A stretch of DNA of 63,993 nt, filler included, from Fonticula-like sp. SCN 57-25 (taxonomy: Eukaryota): NCBI GenBank assembly GCA_001724245.1. It is 3 parts of 3 records of this genome, joined end to end, with 100 filler letters (N's around TTAATTAATTAA, not from the genome) between each part and the next. Parts side by side here need not be neighbours in the genome. Positions count along the whole stretch, not along the records: positions 23,605 to 53,921 come from MEDX01000069.1; 2 more parts are not named here. One strand, 5' to 3'. The notes under the pieces are model-generated. The model did not search any database. It was not told the origin of the DNA and worked only from the letters and a program-made list of their open reading frames with translations. Positions 24,733 to 35,473 of this stretch are shown piece after piece. Each line of letters starts with the position of its first letter. Position 1 is the stretch's first letter. The translations under genes and the position numbers were made by a program.

Positions 24733-26291
24733 TCATAACGTTGTTGTTGACGTCTTTTCGTGCTCCGTCTGCTGCGCAACAGCCGCGGCCGGCCCAACCA
24801 TCGCCTCTGCGCCTTCCCCGCTAAGCAGCTGCGTGCCCACCGGCCCGAGCAGCGTCCCATGCTTCTTGAGCGTCCTCGCGACCTCCTCGGCGAGCGCCGG
24901 ATTCCCCGCGTCCATGCACTCGCCGAGCAGCTTCTCGCCCGTCGCCTTGTCGGGCCGCAGCCCGTCCGTGTGCATGAGCCTCAGCACGCGCGGGATCTTG
25001 TCGAGCTGCTTTCCTTCCACAGCCGCGTGCAGCAAAAGGCCGAGGCTGACGGCGTCTGACCGGTAGCGCCCCTTGAACCACATGGCGCGCTTGACTTCGT
25101 ACATTTCGTCCATGACCTCGAAGGCGCGCGCGTGCTCGTTTGTCTTGACGCACGCCTCGAGCATGCTGTTGAAGATGACGCGCGTCGGGAGAGTGAAGGG
25201 GTTCACGCACATCATGTCAAAGTACTCGCGGGCGCGCTGGTAGGAGCCGCTCTTGGCGCTCGCGCGGATCATCTCGTTAAAGGTCCAGACGTCGGGCTTG
25301 AGCTTGTAGTCGGACATGCGGTCAAAGAGACTCTCGGCCATGAAAAAGAGATCGCGCGTGTACGGGTCTGAAAGAAGGAAAGAGGAAAACGGGAAAAAGG
25401 TAAGCAAAGGTGGAAGAGAATGGAGGAAATAGGGCAAAAAGCGTGGTAAAACGGAGCCAAAAAGACAAAAAACAGGTCCAAATTGGTCGTGGCAACATAA
25501 AAAATAACACAAAAATACACATGAAACACTTCCGTAACATAGCCTTCCCTCTACCAATTTGGCAAGAAACTAAACTCCTCGTACCTGCCGTCTTGAAATC
25601 GGACGAGGCCTTCATTTGAAGCGTGCAGCCTCGCATCAGAATCTCAAAAGTGGCCCTCGTGGGCTGCTCGCCAGCGGCCAACAAAGCGCGAAACATTTCA
25701 AAAGCGGCAAAAAGGTCTCCCTACCAGCGCGATGTGCCACGCACGCTCGTTAGCGATCGCCACGCAGGCGATGTATAGCGCACCTTCTTGACGTGGTCGT
25801 AGATCAGCGAATCGTACGTCTGGCCCGCCATCCGCAAAAAAGACTTGAAAAACGACTGCGACGCCTTTACAGTGCGCTCGCCAAGAAACATTTCGTCGAT
25901 GCGGCGGCGCATCTGGTCAAGCGACTCTGTCTTTTGCGACTCGCTGTCCTGCCGCTCCATCATGGCCTTGTAGGCGGATGTGAGCCTTGTGAACGCCTCC
26001 TCATACTACTCAAACGTCAGTTATCAACGTGGTGGCGTGCGCAAAAACGCAAGAGGAAATAAAAGAAAAGGAAGCGGTGCGCACTTTTGGCTTTTCCGCT
26101 TCGGACGGGCATCGATCAGGATGCACCTCCATGGCGCGGCGATAGTAGGCAGCGCGGACGGCCTCGACCGGCGCTTCCGGCTCGATACCAAGAATTTCAT
26201 GAGGCTGGAGCTTGTCGCTTCCCAGAAGCGACGAGTAGCACCTAGCAGCGACTGGGCGCCGCGCAAACCTCGCGAGCCCCAAACGCAGCAT
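24733..26291 (-). CDS. Probable mitochondrial protein with N-terminal J-domain and C-terminal pentatricopeptide repeats (3 introns)
   Basis: Presequence-like MLRLGLARFARRPVAARCYSS. J-domain PHEILGI...VRAAYYRRAMEVHPDR...AFTRLTSAYKAM. PPR motifs PTRATFEILMRG, PDVWTFNEMIRASAKSG, PTRVIFNSMLEAC. Confidence 0.85.
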
Positions 26292-26491
26292 GCCGACCAC
26301 CTGCTTTGTTGCGACACGTCACGTGTTTAACGTACACAGTCACGATGAAGGTTTTTGTGATAAGCAAAAAATGAGAGCTGGTCTGCAGAACGGTATATTA
26401 TATTATATATTATATGTAATGAAGACGTATACTTCTACATAAAAACGTCTCATGGTTTTGATATAAATATTGTGGAAGATTGCAAGGTACC

Positions 26492-28918
26492 TCAGAAAAG
26501 TTGACTGAGAACAACGCCCATGAGCCAGAAGACCACGGAGGCAAGGTATGACCTTGCGAGTGTTGACAGCCTCGAATGGACGGTAATGCCAAAGATGACT
26601 GCGTGCGGCTCCAGGTGGTCCGTATTCAGCATTGACGATATGTGCGAAATGAACGCCTGGAAGGACTTGTAGTCCTCGGTGACCAACTTGCTAATGCTGG
26701 GATGCACCCGATAGATAAACTCGCGCGTGTAGCAAAAGTACGAGTACGAGTGCACAACGAGTGTTTGCGCCGTGTCGCTCTCCAGCAGCTTGGTAATGAG
26801 CGAAAAGTACGTGACCAGGACGACTGCCGCGTAGAGACAGATAAAGATCATGAGCACGCTGAGGGGAATGAGCAGCCCCTGAATATCCCAATCCAGGCTA
26901 GCCGCATTTGCAAGAACGACGGCGAAACACATGATGCTCACACCCAACAGGGCCACCAAAAAGGCCTGAATAGATTTCAGCTCAAAGTTGATGACAAAGC
27001 GGTAGTGGAAACGGCGCGCGCGGAGCCAATCGGCAATGTAGGCGCGGTCCTCGTCAAAGCGGACTTCCACCTCGCGCTCTGAATTGGCCACAGGGCGGTC
27101 TTCGGCCAATGGGAATAGAATGCTGGGGTCAAGAAGCGATGTGAGATGTATCTGCTCCATTAGCGGTTTCTTGAGCGTTGTTGGCGCCTCGATATAAACA
27201 AGACGAAGAATAATCAACATGGAGATGGTCGTCGAAAAACCACAGAGCAAACCAGCTGCCCACAGGTAGCCATTCTCAGCAAAAAGGCCAATTGATTCCA
27301 CGGCGTCCTCACCATACACCTGGTTGAAGAGAAGGAGAAGTAAACTCATAGCGTAGAGGAAAAAGAAGAATACAACGGTAAGCACCATTGATGTGATGGC
27401 GCCGTATCGCAGCTTTAAAAACGAAGCATGATGCTTTAGCTTCTCGTCAGCGTTTGATGACCCAATCGCGACACTGAGGATGCGAGCTGCGTTTGGGTGC
27501 GATTCAAAAAGTTCGCGAGCATGGTCTCGATACGCCTTTGCTGTTGTGCGCGACGGCTGCCAGCCATTTGCGATGGCAACAAAGAGCATCATGCCAATAT
27601 ACCATCCCACTGCCGCATTGTTAAGCGAGATCAATGCAATGCTGCACCCATCGCAATTCTCTGCAAAGTTGGTAAAGGTCTGGATAGGGGAGACGGGGCA
27701 CGTCAGATTGGCGGCAACGTCGAGCGGCAGGTGGACGCGGCAGTGCTGCATGGCGGTTGGTGTAATGGCAAACAGCAGCGCGACCAAAAAACCGCTAATA
27801 ATAATGCCGATCATTTGCATACCGTGGCGCGATTTGAGATAAAACTCTGATCGGTGAAGCGGCGGCGAGTACAGCAAGGCGAAGAGCGCGCGCGGGCTGA
27901 ACCAGCAGGGGGCGTCCTCGTTCTCTTCGCCGATCATGGGCGAAACAGGCAGGTCTGAGTTGAATGAATTGTCGCTCGCCGAAGCCTCAAAGACCTGGTG
28001 GCAGTCGGGGCAGGGGCAGACATTCTGGCCGAGCTCCATGACCATATGAAGATAGTACCGATGCAAGATTGACTCGCGCTGCTCGTCGGCGTGGCGAGAG
28101 TCACACGAGTCATTCAATGGAATACCGCAGGGGCACTCTGTCGCGGGCGTGCGGAAAGAGGCAAAGGTGCTTGCCCTCGGGCGCGGGCTCGTGCCGGCCT
28201 CTTCATCGCCGGGCGGCAGGAGAGGCTCTCTGTTGGTGCTGGGCTTAGGGCCGAAATCATCCTTGTCGTCGATAGGAAGCGACTTGTACTCTGCTGAAAC
28301 CTTTGTAGTGCCACCGGCTTGTTTAAACAGTTGAACCGTCATCAATCTTCGGACAAGTAGCCAAATGACGGCGATGCTGGATAGGAGCATGAGGCCATAC
28401 AGCGGCATAAGGTCGAGCCACGGTTGAAAACCGCTATACGCATTCACATAGGGATTGGCATAGCCCGTTGTGTTGGCGAGGAGGCAATAAAAGTTCAGCT
28501 CGCTTGGCAGAAAAATTTCGCCCAAAGTCTCGTTGACCATTTGGTACCTGGCCGGATCAGTCATGCTGTTGCCGGTGTACGAAGAGTTGAGCACCAAGGA
28601 GACGCCGTCATCGGCAAGGCACGCCTTGTACTTTCCATAGCGATCGCCGCGAAAGACGAAATTAAAAACCAACGTAAATACAACAACGCACACCGGCAAA
28701 AGAATACGAAACTGCGTTGTAAACCCCATTACTTTTGCGGAGCCCAACAGTTGATCCTTGTAGGAGGTGGTGTCGGCTCCGCCTTCGATCGACATCGGGC
28801 GAAGCGGCCTCGCGTCAGCGTTACTCGCGCCCTGCGTCCCGGATGTGACAAATATTTCGTCGAGTCCACTACCATCCGAGATGATGCCCTGCCTACGCTG
28901 TTGCGTTTTGGTCGCCAT
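26492..28918 (-). CDS. Intronless ~808-aa multipass membrane protein; candidate PHTF-like / 7TM ion-channel (gustatory receptor-like) family member
   Basis: Long uninterrupted ORF with about 9 hydrophobic helices. The family call rests on IHLTS, YIADWLRARRF, SIQAFLVALLG and the terminal VIFGITV...SQLF, and is tentative. Confidence 0.6.
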   Translation of the reverse strand: MATKTQQRRQGIISDGSGLDEIFVTSGTQGASNADARPLRPMSIEGGADTTSYKDQLLGSAKVMGFTTQFRILLPVCVVVFTLVFNFVFRGDRYGKYKACLADDGVSLVLNSSYTGNSMTDPARYQMVNETLGEIFLPSELNFYCLLANTTGYANPYVNAYSGFQPWLDLMPLYGLMLLSSIAVIWLLVRRLMTVQLFKQAGGTTKVSAEYKSLPIDDKDDFGPKPSTNREPLLPPGDEEAGTSPRPRASTFASFRTPATECPCGIPLNDSCDSRHADEQRESILHRYYLHMVMELGQNVCPCPDCHQVFEASASDNSFNSDLPVSPMIGEENEDAPCWFSPRALFALLYSPPLHRSEFYLKSRHGMQMIGIIISGFLVALLFAITPTAMQHCRVHLPLDVAANLTCPVSPIQTFTNFAENCDGCSIALISLNNAAVGWYIGMMLFVAIANGWQPSRTTAKAYRDHARELFESHPNAARILSVAIGSSNADEKLKHHASFLKLRYGAITSMVLTVVFFFFLYAMSLLLLLFNQVYGEDAVESIGLFAENGYLWAAGLLCGFSTTISMLIILRLVYIEAPTTLKKPLMEQIHLTSLLDPSILFPLAEDRPVANSEREVEVRFDEDRAYIADWLRARRFHYRFVINFELKSIQAFLVALLGVSIMCFAVVLANAASLDWDIQGLLIPLSVLMIFICLYAAVVLVTYFSLITKLLESDTAQTLVVHSYSYFCYTREFIYRVHPSISKLVTEDYKSFQAFISHISSMLNTDHLEPHAVIFGITVHSRLSTLARSYLASVVFWLMGVVLSQLF

Positions 28919-29141
28919 GATGCTGGGGCGGGGCGCGCCACTTTGTAGTGACACCGCGATTTCTTTTGCAAACTTCCACAGTAATACGTTCGACCAATCA
29001 GCGTCGAGATCGTGTTCTGCCCAATGATGGCAATCTTGGCGGATTCAAAAAGTACATTGTTGCTTTAGCAGAAAATATGATACAAAAATATACAGACCAC
29101 GTCCAATGTTTTACATATATTCATAGTCAGAGCGGATGGCA

Positions 29142-31055
29142 TCACCGCGAATCCATTTTGGGCCGCTTCCTGTCTCGAACAAGCGACGAGTTGAGCAATT
29201 CCGAAGGCAGCGGCGTGACCTGACCCGCAGGAAGCGCCTTAAGCCGATCGAGCAGCTCGGGAAAAATCGACTTGTTCTCATTGTTGATAAAGGAATAGGC
29301 CCAGCCCGTCGCTCCCAGCCGACCCGCGCGACCCACTTGGTGAATGTACTCGTCCACCGACAGAGGCATATCAAAAAGGATTACGACCTTGACGCCCTCG
29401 ATATCAACGCCCCTCGAAAGCACACCGGTAGAAACGATAATTGGTACCCTGCCTTGGGTAAAGTCGGTTAGAGCGGCGAGGCGCTCAGTCTGCGGTCTAT
29501 CTCCGTGTATAAAAGTGCTCTCGATCCCCGTCTTTACCTTGATCTGGAAGAAATACCGGGGAAGAGTGAGCAAAGCAAACATCAGCAAGTATTCAAGTCA
29601 TACCGCTTCTGAAAGGAATTGAGCGCCGAGCTTTGACTGGACAAAAATAATGGCGGGAAATTTGACATTTTTCGATTGAAGTAGCTGCATCAGCTGCTTC
29701 CGCTTGCTTACTTCCTCGACCCACAAAATCGTCTGTCGCACTGCAGCCGGCGGCGCGCCAACACGCTCCCCCACACTAATGCGCGCCGCCTTTGTTCCGT
29801 CGCCGCGCATCATTCGCTTCGCTACCTTGGCCGTGTCGCTGCTGATGGTAGCCGACGCAAGGATGCGGCGCGCATCTCGCGGGACGTACGACATGATGAC
29901 TTCCATCGCGTGCTCGAATCCCCCTTTTATAATTTCGTCAATCTCGTCAATAACAACGGCGTTCAAGCACGAAAGGTCGAGCGCGCCGTCCTGCCTGTCA
30001 ACGATCTCCACGAGTCGCCCCGGCGTGGCGACGACGACCTGCGGCCGGCGGCGCAGCCGGTGCAGCTGATTCGGTAACGGCAGCCCGCCGATGATGAGCG
30101 CCGTGCGCATGACCGGGTGGCCACGCATGAGCGCCTTGAACTGCTCCTCTACCTGAATACACAGCTCTCGCCGAGGCGTGATGACCAGTACGCGCACGTT
30201 GGAGCGCAGCTGCACCGGGTCGGCCGATAGCTGTGCCACCAATGGGATCACAAAGGCGCCCGTCTTGCCGCTGCCGGTTGGAGAGGACACTAGCGCGTCC
30301 ATGTCGCAGAGGATTGTGGGTATGGCCTGCATCTGAACGGGCGTCGGCGAAACAAAGCCGGCCGAGGCGAGGTTTGCCTCGAGGAAGGAGGGGAAGCCGC
30401 ACTGGGAAAACTCCCATATGGGGCGAGGGACGGCGGCGCCCGAAGCTGTGTCGATCTGAAAGACGTGGCGAATAAAAGTAATGTACTCGTCGGCGGCCTG
30501 GCGAACGTCGTCGGGCTCGCGGTAAAGAAACGTCGTCTGTGCGCTCGCAGGGACGCCGGCGCCCTTTGAGGATCGGAAGCGCTCCAAATCGACACGCTTG
30601 CATTCGATACTGCAGACGTCGGCGTCCGTCTCGTCGCTAATGTACTCGCCGTATCTCCCGCACACAAAGCAGCGTGGCTCGCCGGTCACCGCCGCGCGCT
30701 GCTCAATAGAGTAGATCTTGACCGGCTCCAGGGGACTCGCGTCCTCGGCGATGTTCGAGGCGGCAGGCTCAGACGATGGCGCGTCGGCGCCTGGATTCGC
30801 CGCAGGCGGTGCCGCTTCAGTCACCTCTGCGTCACTCTTCACTTCAACAAGCGGTGCCTCTTCCACTTTGTCGACTTCCTTCTCCTCTGGCGACAGAGGT
30901 AGGTCTTGAGTAGCTGCAGCTTGCTCCATCGTGTTCGGTTTCGCCTTGTCAGCACTTTGCCCATCCCTCGCGTCCCTCGTCGGTGGATCCCGCGTAGGCT
31001 GCGCTTTGCCCAACCGCACCGCGCGCGGAATAAAACCAGACGGCATGCCGCTCAT
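29142..31055 (-). CDS. DDX59: DEAD-box helicase DDX59 with zf-HIT domain (start 31055 or 31046; 1 intron)
   Basis: FIPRAV N-terminus, [69 protein letters not shown]. Confidence 0.93.
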
Positions 31056-32207
31056 TCTCGTGTGCGGGCAGCCCTGCAGGTACGCGGAATCCTCGGCTCA
31101 CTGGCCCGCGCGCCACCTAACTTGCTGACTCACGGTGGTTGGGTCGTGTCTGCAGTGGCAAGTCGCACCGCACTGAGCAGATCAGCACATACCTGCGCGG
31201 CCAAGGGCATCGCGTGCTAATTATCGGCGTTGGCGGCGACGGTGACACAGAGTCCACGCGCCACCTGCGGCGCGCGGTCATCTATGGCACCGCCGAGGAG
31301 GAGAAGCGCGCGCGTGGCGCCATCATGGCCGCCGTCGAGCGCCTCTTGTCGCGCGATGTCTACGTCATCGTGGACTGGCTCAACTATATCAAGGGGTTCC
31401 GCTACCAGCTCTTTTGCGTGGCAAAGTCGTGCAGCACACACTACTGCGTCGTACGCTACCTTACTCTTTCACGCGCTGTTGCGCTCAGCTTGCCTACCTA
31501 GGTCGAGTGCGGCGCCACAAAAGAGGTGGCCCATGCGCGGAATAATGCGCGCGACGCCGACCCCTACTCGCCGCAAATGTACGTCGTGTCCTCTTCTATT
31601 TATGTTGTTGCTCAGCTTTTACGCAGCCTCGACGAGCTGTGGTCTCGTTACGAGCACCCGAACCCGATGAACCGGTGGGACAAGCCGCATTTTGCCGTGG
31701 CGGACTCTGACGAAGCGCCGCCGCTCGCCGACATTTCCACGGCACTGACGACAGGCGTCGTGCAGCCCAACCTCGCCACACGGCCGGTGCGTCGTTTATA
31801 GACGTCCCTTTCTGTTGCTGACACCCAGCAGACGCCGGTGACCGAGACCAACTTTCTCTACGAGCTGGACCGCATCACGCAAGAGGTGGCGCAGGCCGTC
31901 ACCGACGCACAAAAGATCCCCGGCGCGGGCGTCGTCACGGTGCCCAACAGCGACCGACCTATATCCGCTCATTCTCTCTTTCTTGTGTTTTACATGTCCT
32001 ATTTTTTGTTGTGCATGTGCTGCCGATCCCTCTGTTGCGTTAGTTCCTTGACTCGCACACGTTAGGCTAACGCGTCAGGTAACCGTCCCCGAGCTTCATC
32101 GCATCCGCCGGCAGTTCCTCGCCATCAACAAGGTCAACACGATCACGGACATTTCCAGGATCGGCGGAGCCTTTGTCGACTACCTCAACACGGCGATTGA
32201 CCAGTGA
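31045..32207 (+). CDS. KTI12: Elongator-associated protein KTI12/DRL1 (5 introns, the last U12-type)
   Basis: [82 protein letters not shown]. Confidence 0.95.
31961..32060 (+). other. U12-type (minor spliceosome) AT-AC intron
   Basis: Donor ATATCC, branch site TTCCTTGAC at 32044-32052, terminal AC. Removal gives PNSDRP|VRLTRQVTVPELHRIRRQF. Confidence 0.88.
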
Positions 32208-32290
32208 TGGGCTCGTGCCCTCAGTTTTGATGTAATCTTTATTGTACATGCACTATGCCAAGCCTATGCCGTTTAGATATATCTTATCGC

Positions 32291-33047
32291 CTAGCGGTTA
32301 ATCTCCTTGCACTTTGAGGCGGCGACCGTGTCCACGTCCTTGATCCTGTCGTCGACGATCTTCTGGATGGCCTTTTCAGCGCGCTTGACGTCGTCCTTGG
32401 GGAGCGCCTTGCTATGCTTGTTGAGGTCCTTGAGCGCGGCCTGCCGCAGGTTGCGGACGCTCACGCGGCACTTTTCCGCGTGCTTCTCGACCATCTTGAC
32501 CATGCTGTCGCGGTACTCGGTCGTCGGCCGCGGGATCGGCACGCGGATGGCGTTCTTGTCCACAACAGGGTTCAGGTTCAGGCCGGCCGACTGAATGCTC
32601 GAGGACACAACGCCCGTCTGCGTCGGGTCAAACACGTTCACCATCAGCGTCTGGGGGTCTTTGACGAGCACCTGTGCGAGGCGCGCCAGAGGAGTGCGCT
32701 TCTCATTGATCGTCACAGTCACAGAGTCAAGAAGCGCTACAGAAGATATAAATTATTAGTACAAACATAAAAGAGGAATGACCAGACCAAGGCGCACAGG
32801 GAGAGGCGACGCCGACGCGGAGCTGCGAGAGATCGGACTGGAGGATCTCCATCGACTTGAGGCCCTTGGACGAGAGCGGCTTGAGGATCTCGGCGTCAAT
32901 GTCGACGCTCGGGCCATCGTCTTCATCCTTCTTCGAGTCCTTCTTTTTTGAAGCAAGGAAACGCCCGCCAACGGCCACAGAGGGCGCCGAGGCCGCCGGG
33001 AAGGCACGCGCAAGCGTCCACGCAGCACCCGAGCCGCGCGCCAGCAT
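32291..33047 (-). CDS. MRRF: Mitochondrial ribosome recycling factor (1 intron)
   Basis: Presequence; LRVGVASP, PLARLAQV, IQSAGLNLNP, IRVPIPRPTTEYR, RVSVRNLRQ. Confidence 0.92.
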
Positions 33048-33380
33048 CCTCGATCACGTGACTACTATGCAAACTACCCTGCAAACTGGACCGGTATAAA
33101 GTCAACCGCGCCGACGACCTAATCGCCCAGTGTCGCCTGTCCGTTGCTGTGGATCGCGCTTGCTGTGCCCTTGCTGTTGTCTGGAGCGCCTTTTATTGTG
33201 CACCTGCCTATTCATATTGGGCTGAAACTCTCTTTATTTTCATTTTGGCGCGAGGTCAGACTTGCGCCGTCCCCTGACCAAGTTTGCGAATTTTGTCTGC
33301 GTCATCCCCAGGTGGACGCGTCGAGTTTTTATTGAAGAGCGTGAAAGTCTCCTTGTACACGCGCTTGCTCTCTGCCAGCC

Positions 33381-35296
33381 ATGGAGGCCATTGAAAAGTC
33401 GGTGAATGCGGCCGCGTCGGTGCGTCTGCTCGCTCTTGTTTAGTTTGCAGGTGACTGATTCGCGCTTGCAGAAGCACTTTGAAAGCATGCAGATGCCGGT
33501 ATGACGCCCGGGTCTCGTCCCTGCCTCGGCACTCGTTGCCTCCATTGATGACTTACCCATTGACTTGTAGAGTTCCGACGATGACCGCGGGGAGCTTCTT
33601 ATTCAGCCGTCTCCTCATGTACCTACGCCCTGATGCTCTCGCCGCTGCTGACTAACGGTTGCATCCAGGTTTTCCAAGGCGTGTCGACGTATCGACCCTT
33701 CCGCGACGTCCACTTTGGCGTCGTCTTTGTCTTGTGTCTTCTTTCCGTAGCGCTCACCGGGATCATTCTCGCGGCAAAGTTTGCGGTGCGCTTTTAATCT
33801 CCATCTTGCCTCTCACTGACTCTGCCTATCAGAGTGTACCAGGGTCGAGCTACTGGTTCGACGTGTTCGCCGGCTCGGTCGGCACGCTTGTTCTTGTCTT
33901 TCTAATTGTCGTGCTTGGCGGCGCGCTTTGGCTGCTCGCGTTCCGCCGCACGGCGCGCATGTCCACATGGTTTGCCGTGGTAGTGACGCCCGTGCTGCTC
34001 TTTGCGGCGGGCGTGGCGATCATTGCCAAGGAGATGAGCGCACGTGGTTCGTGCGGGTCTGGTCCCGAGTGCGCCTCTTCGTCATCATCGTGCGCGCTCT
34101 TTTCGCCCATTTCCTGTTGCTAACGGCCTGGTAGGACTCTTTTGCTGATGGGGTCGACTGCGCTGGTCCTCTCGGTGGTCACCTCGCTTGCGGCGTACTT
34201 TTGGCGGACGCAGATCCGCGACAGTATCCGCGTGCTTCAGCTTGCGTGCAGCGTGCTGCAGACGCACCCACAGCTCGTGGCGCTTAGCATCGTGCTGACG
34301 GTGGTGCTCGTGTGCTTCACGGTCGTGTGGATGTACCTCTTTGTTTGGCTCTTTTACCTCGCCGAGCAGGACGAGAACGGCATGTATGGGCAGCTGAATG
34401 GCGGCACATTCGTGGCGATCGCCTTTTTCCTGCTTGTCTACTTTTGGACGGCGGCGCTCATCGACTATGGCTCAAAGTTTATCATCTCTGGCGTCACGTC
34501 GCACTGGTACTTTCACCGCCACGACATTCTGCGTAACCGCAGCAACCCGATGTTTACCTTCTTGCGCCTCTCTGCGACGTCGTCCTTTGGCTCGCTTGCC
34601 TTTGCGGCGCTCGTGCTCAGCTCGGTCCAGCTGCTGCGCTACTTTGTCGACCACGTGCTGCGGCGGCTGTCTGGCGCCTCAAAGCTCATGGCCTGCTGCT
34701 GCTCGGGCATCCTTCACCTGCTCGAGGCGCTCATTGCAAAGGTGAGCGCCTACAGCATTGCCCGCATGGCCATCTCGGGCGACGGCTTCTGCGACTCGGT
34801 TGGCTTTATCGCCGACATGCTCCCGCGCGCAAAGATGATGGCCGCCATCAACGTGCTCGCCACGACGCTGCTCGGCATGTGGAATCTTGCTTTTGCATTT
34901 GTGTGCGGCGCCCTCGCGATGGCCATCGGAGCAGTTTTGAACGGCAGCGTCAGCTCGACCGCCGCCATCGTCGTGTTTGCCACAGCAGTCGCTTTTTGCG
35001 TCATGCGGTTCTACACGGGAATGCTCACCGCAATGTGCGATCCCATTGGTGTTTTGTTGGCTATATGCTGATTGGTTGATTTAGTGCCGACACGCTGCTC
35101 GTGTGCTTCCTCGTCGAGACAGAGGTCGTCAGCATGACGGGGTCGACCGACACGGTACGCGAATAGCATTAAGGTACCCTTTTTGCTCACACATGTGTAG
35201 GACAACGGGGCGATCAATGTTGTGTTTTCAGAGGCGGCCGCCGCAAAGGAGGCTGCCATGGACCATTCGATAATCTACCAGCCAGCGCAGGTTTAG
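33381..35296 (+). CDS. Choline transporter-like (CTL/SLC44/PNS1) membrane protein with several 5' micro-exons
   Basis: YRPFRDVHFGVVF, FFLLVYFWT, SGVTSHWYF, TSSFGSLAFAALV, MAISGDGFCDS, ADTLLVCF. Confidence 0.85.
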
Positions 35297-35473
35297 CTTC
35301 GCACACATGTCTGTAATCTACTTTTGTTTGTAATAATATCCATCGCTGTTTATTGCGCCTTTCGCACATAGTTTAGACTGTACATCATCAATCATCATAG
35401 GAAAAATACGGCCGCCACAAGGGAACCATCATACTCACAATCAAAAATCACCATCATTTATCAGCATTGCCAG

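Noticed and set aside
29935-29950. DEID instead of DEAD in DDX59 motif II
   Set aside because: The third position of DExD is variable, and the other helicase motifs are intact.
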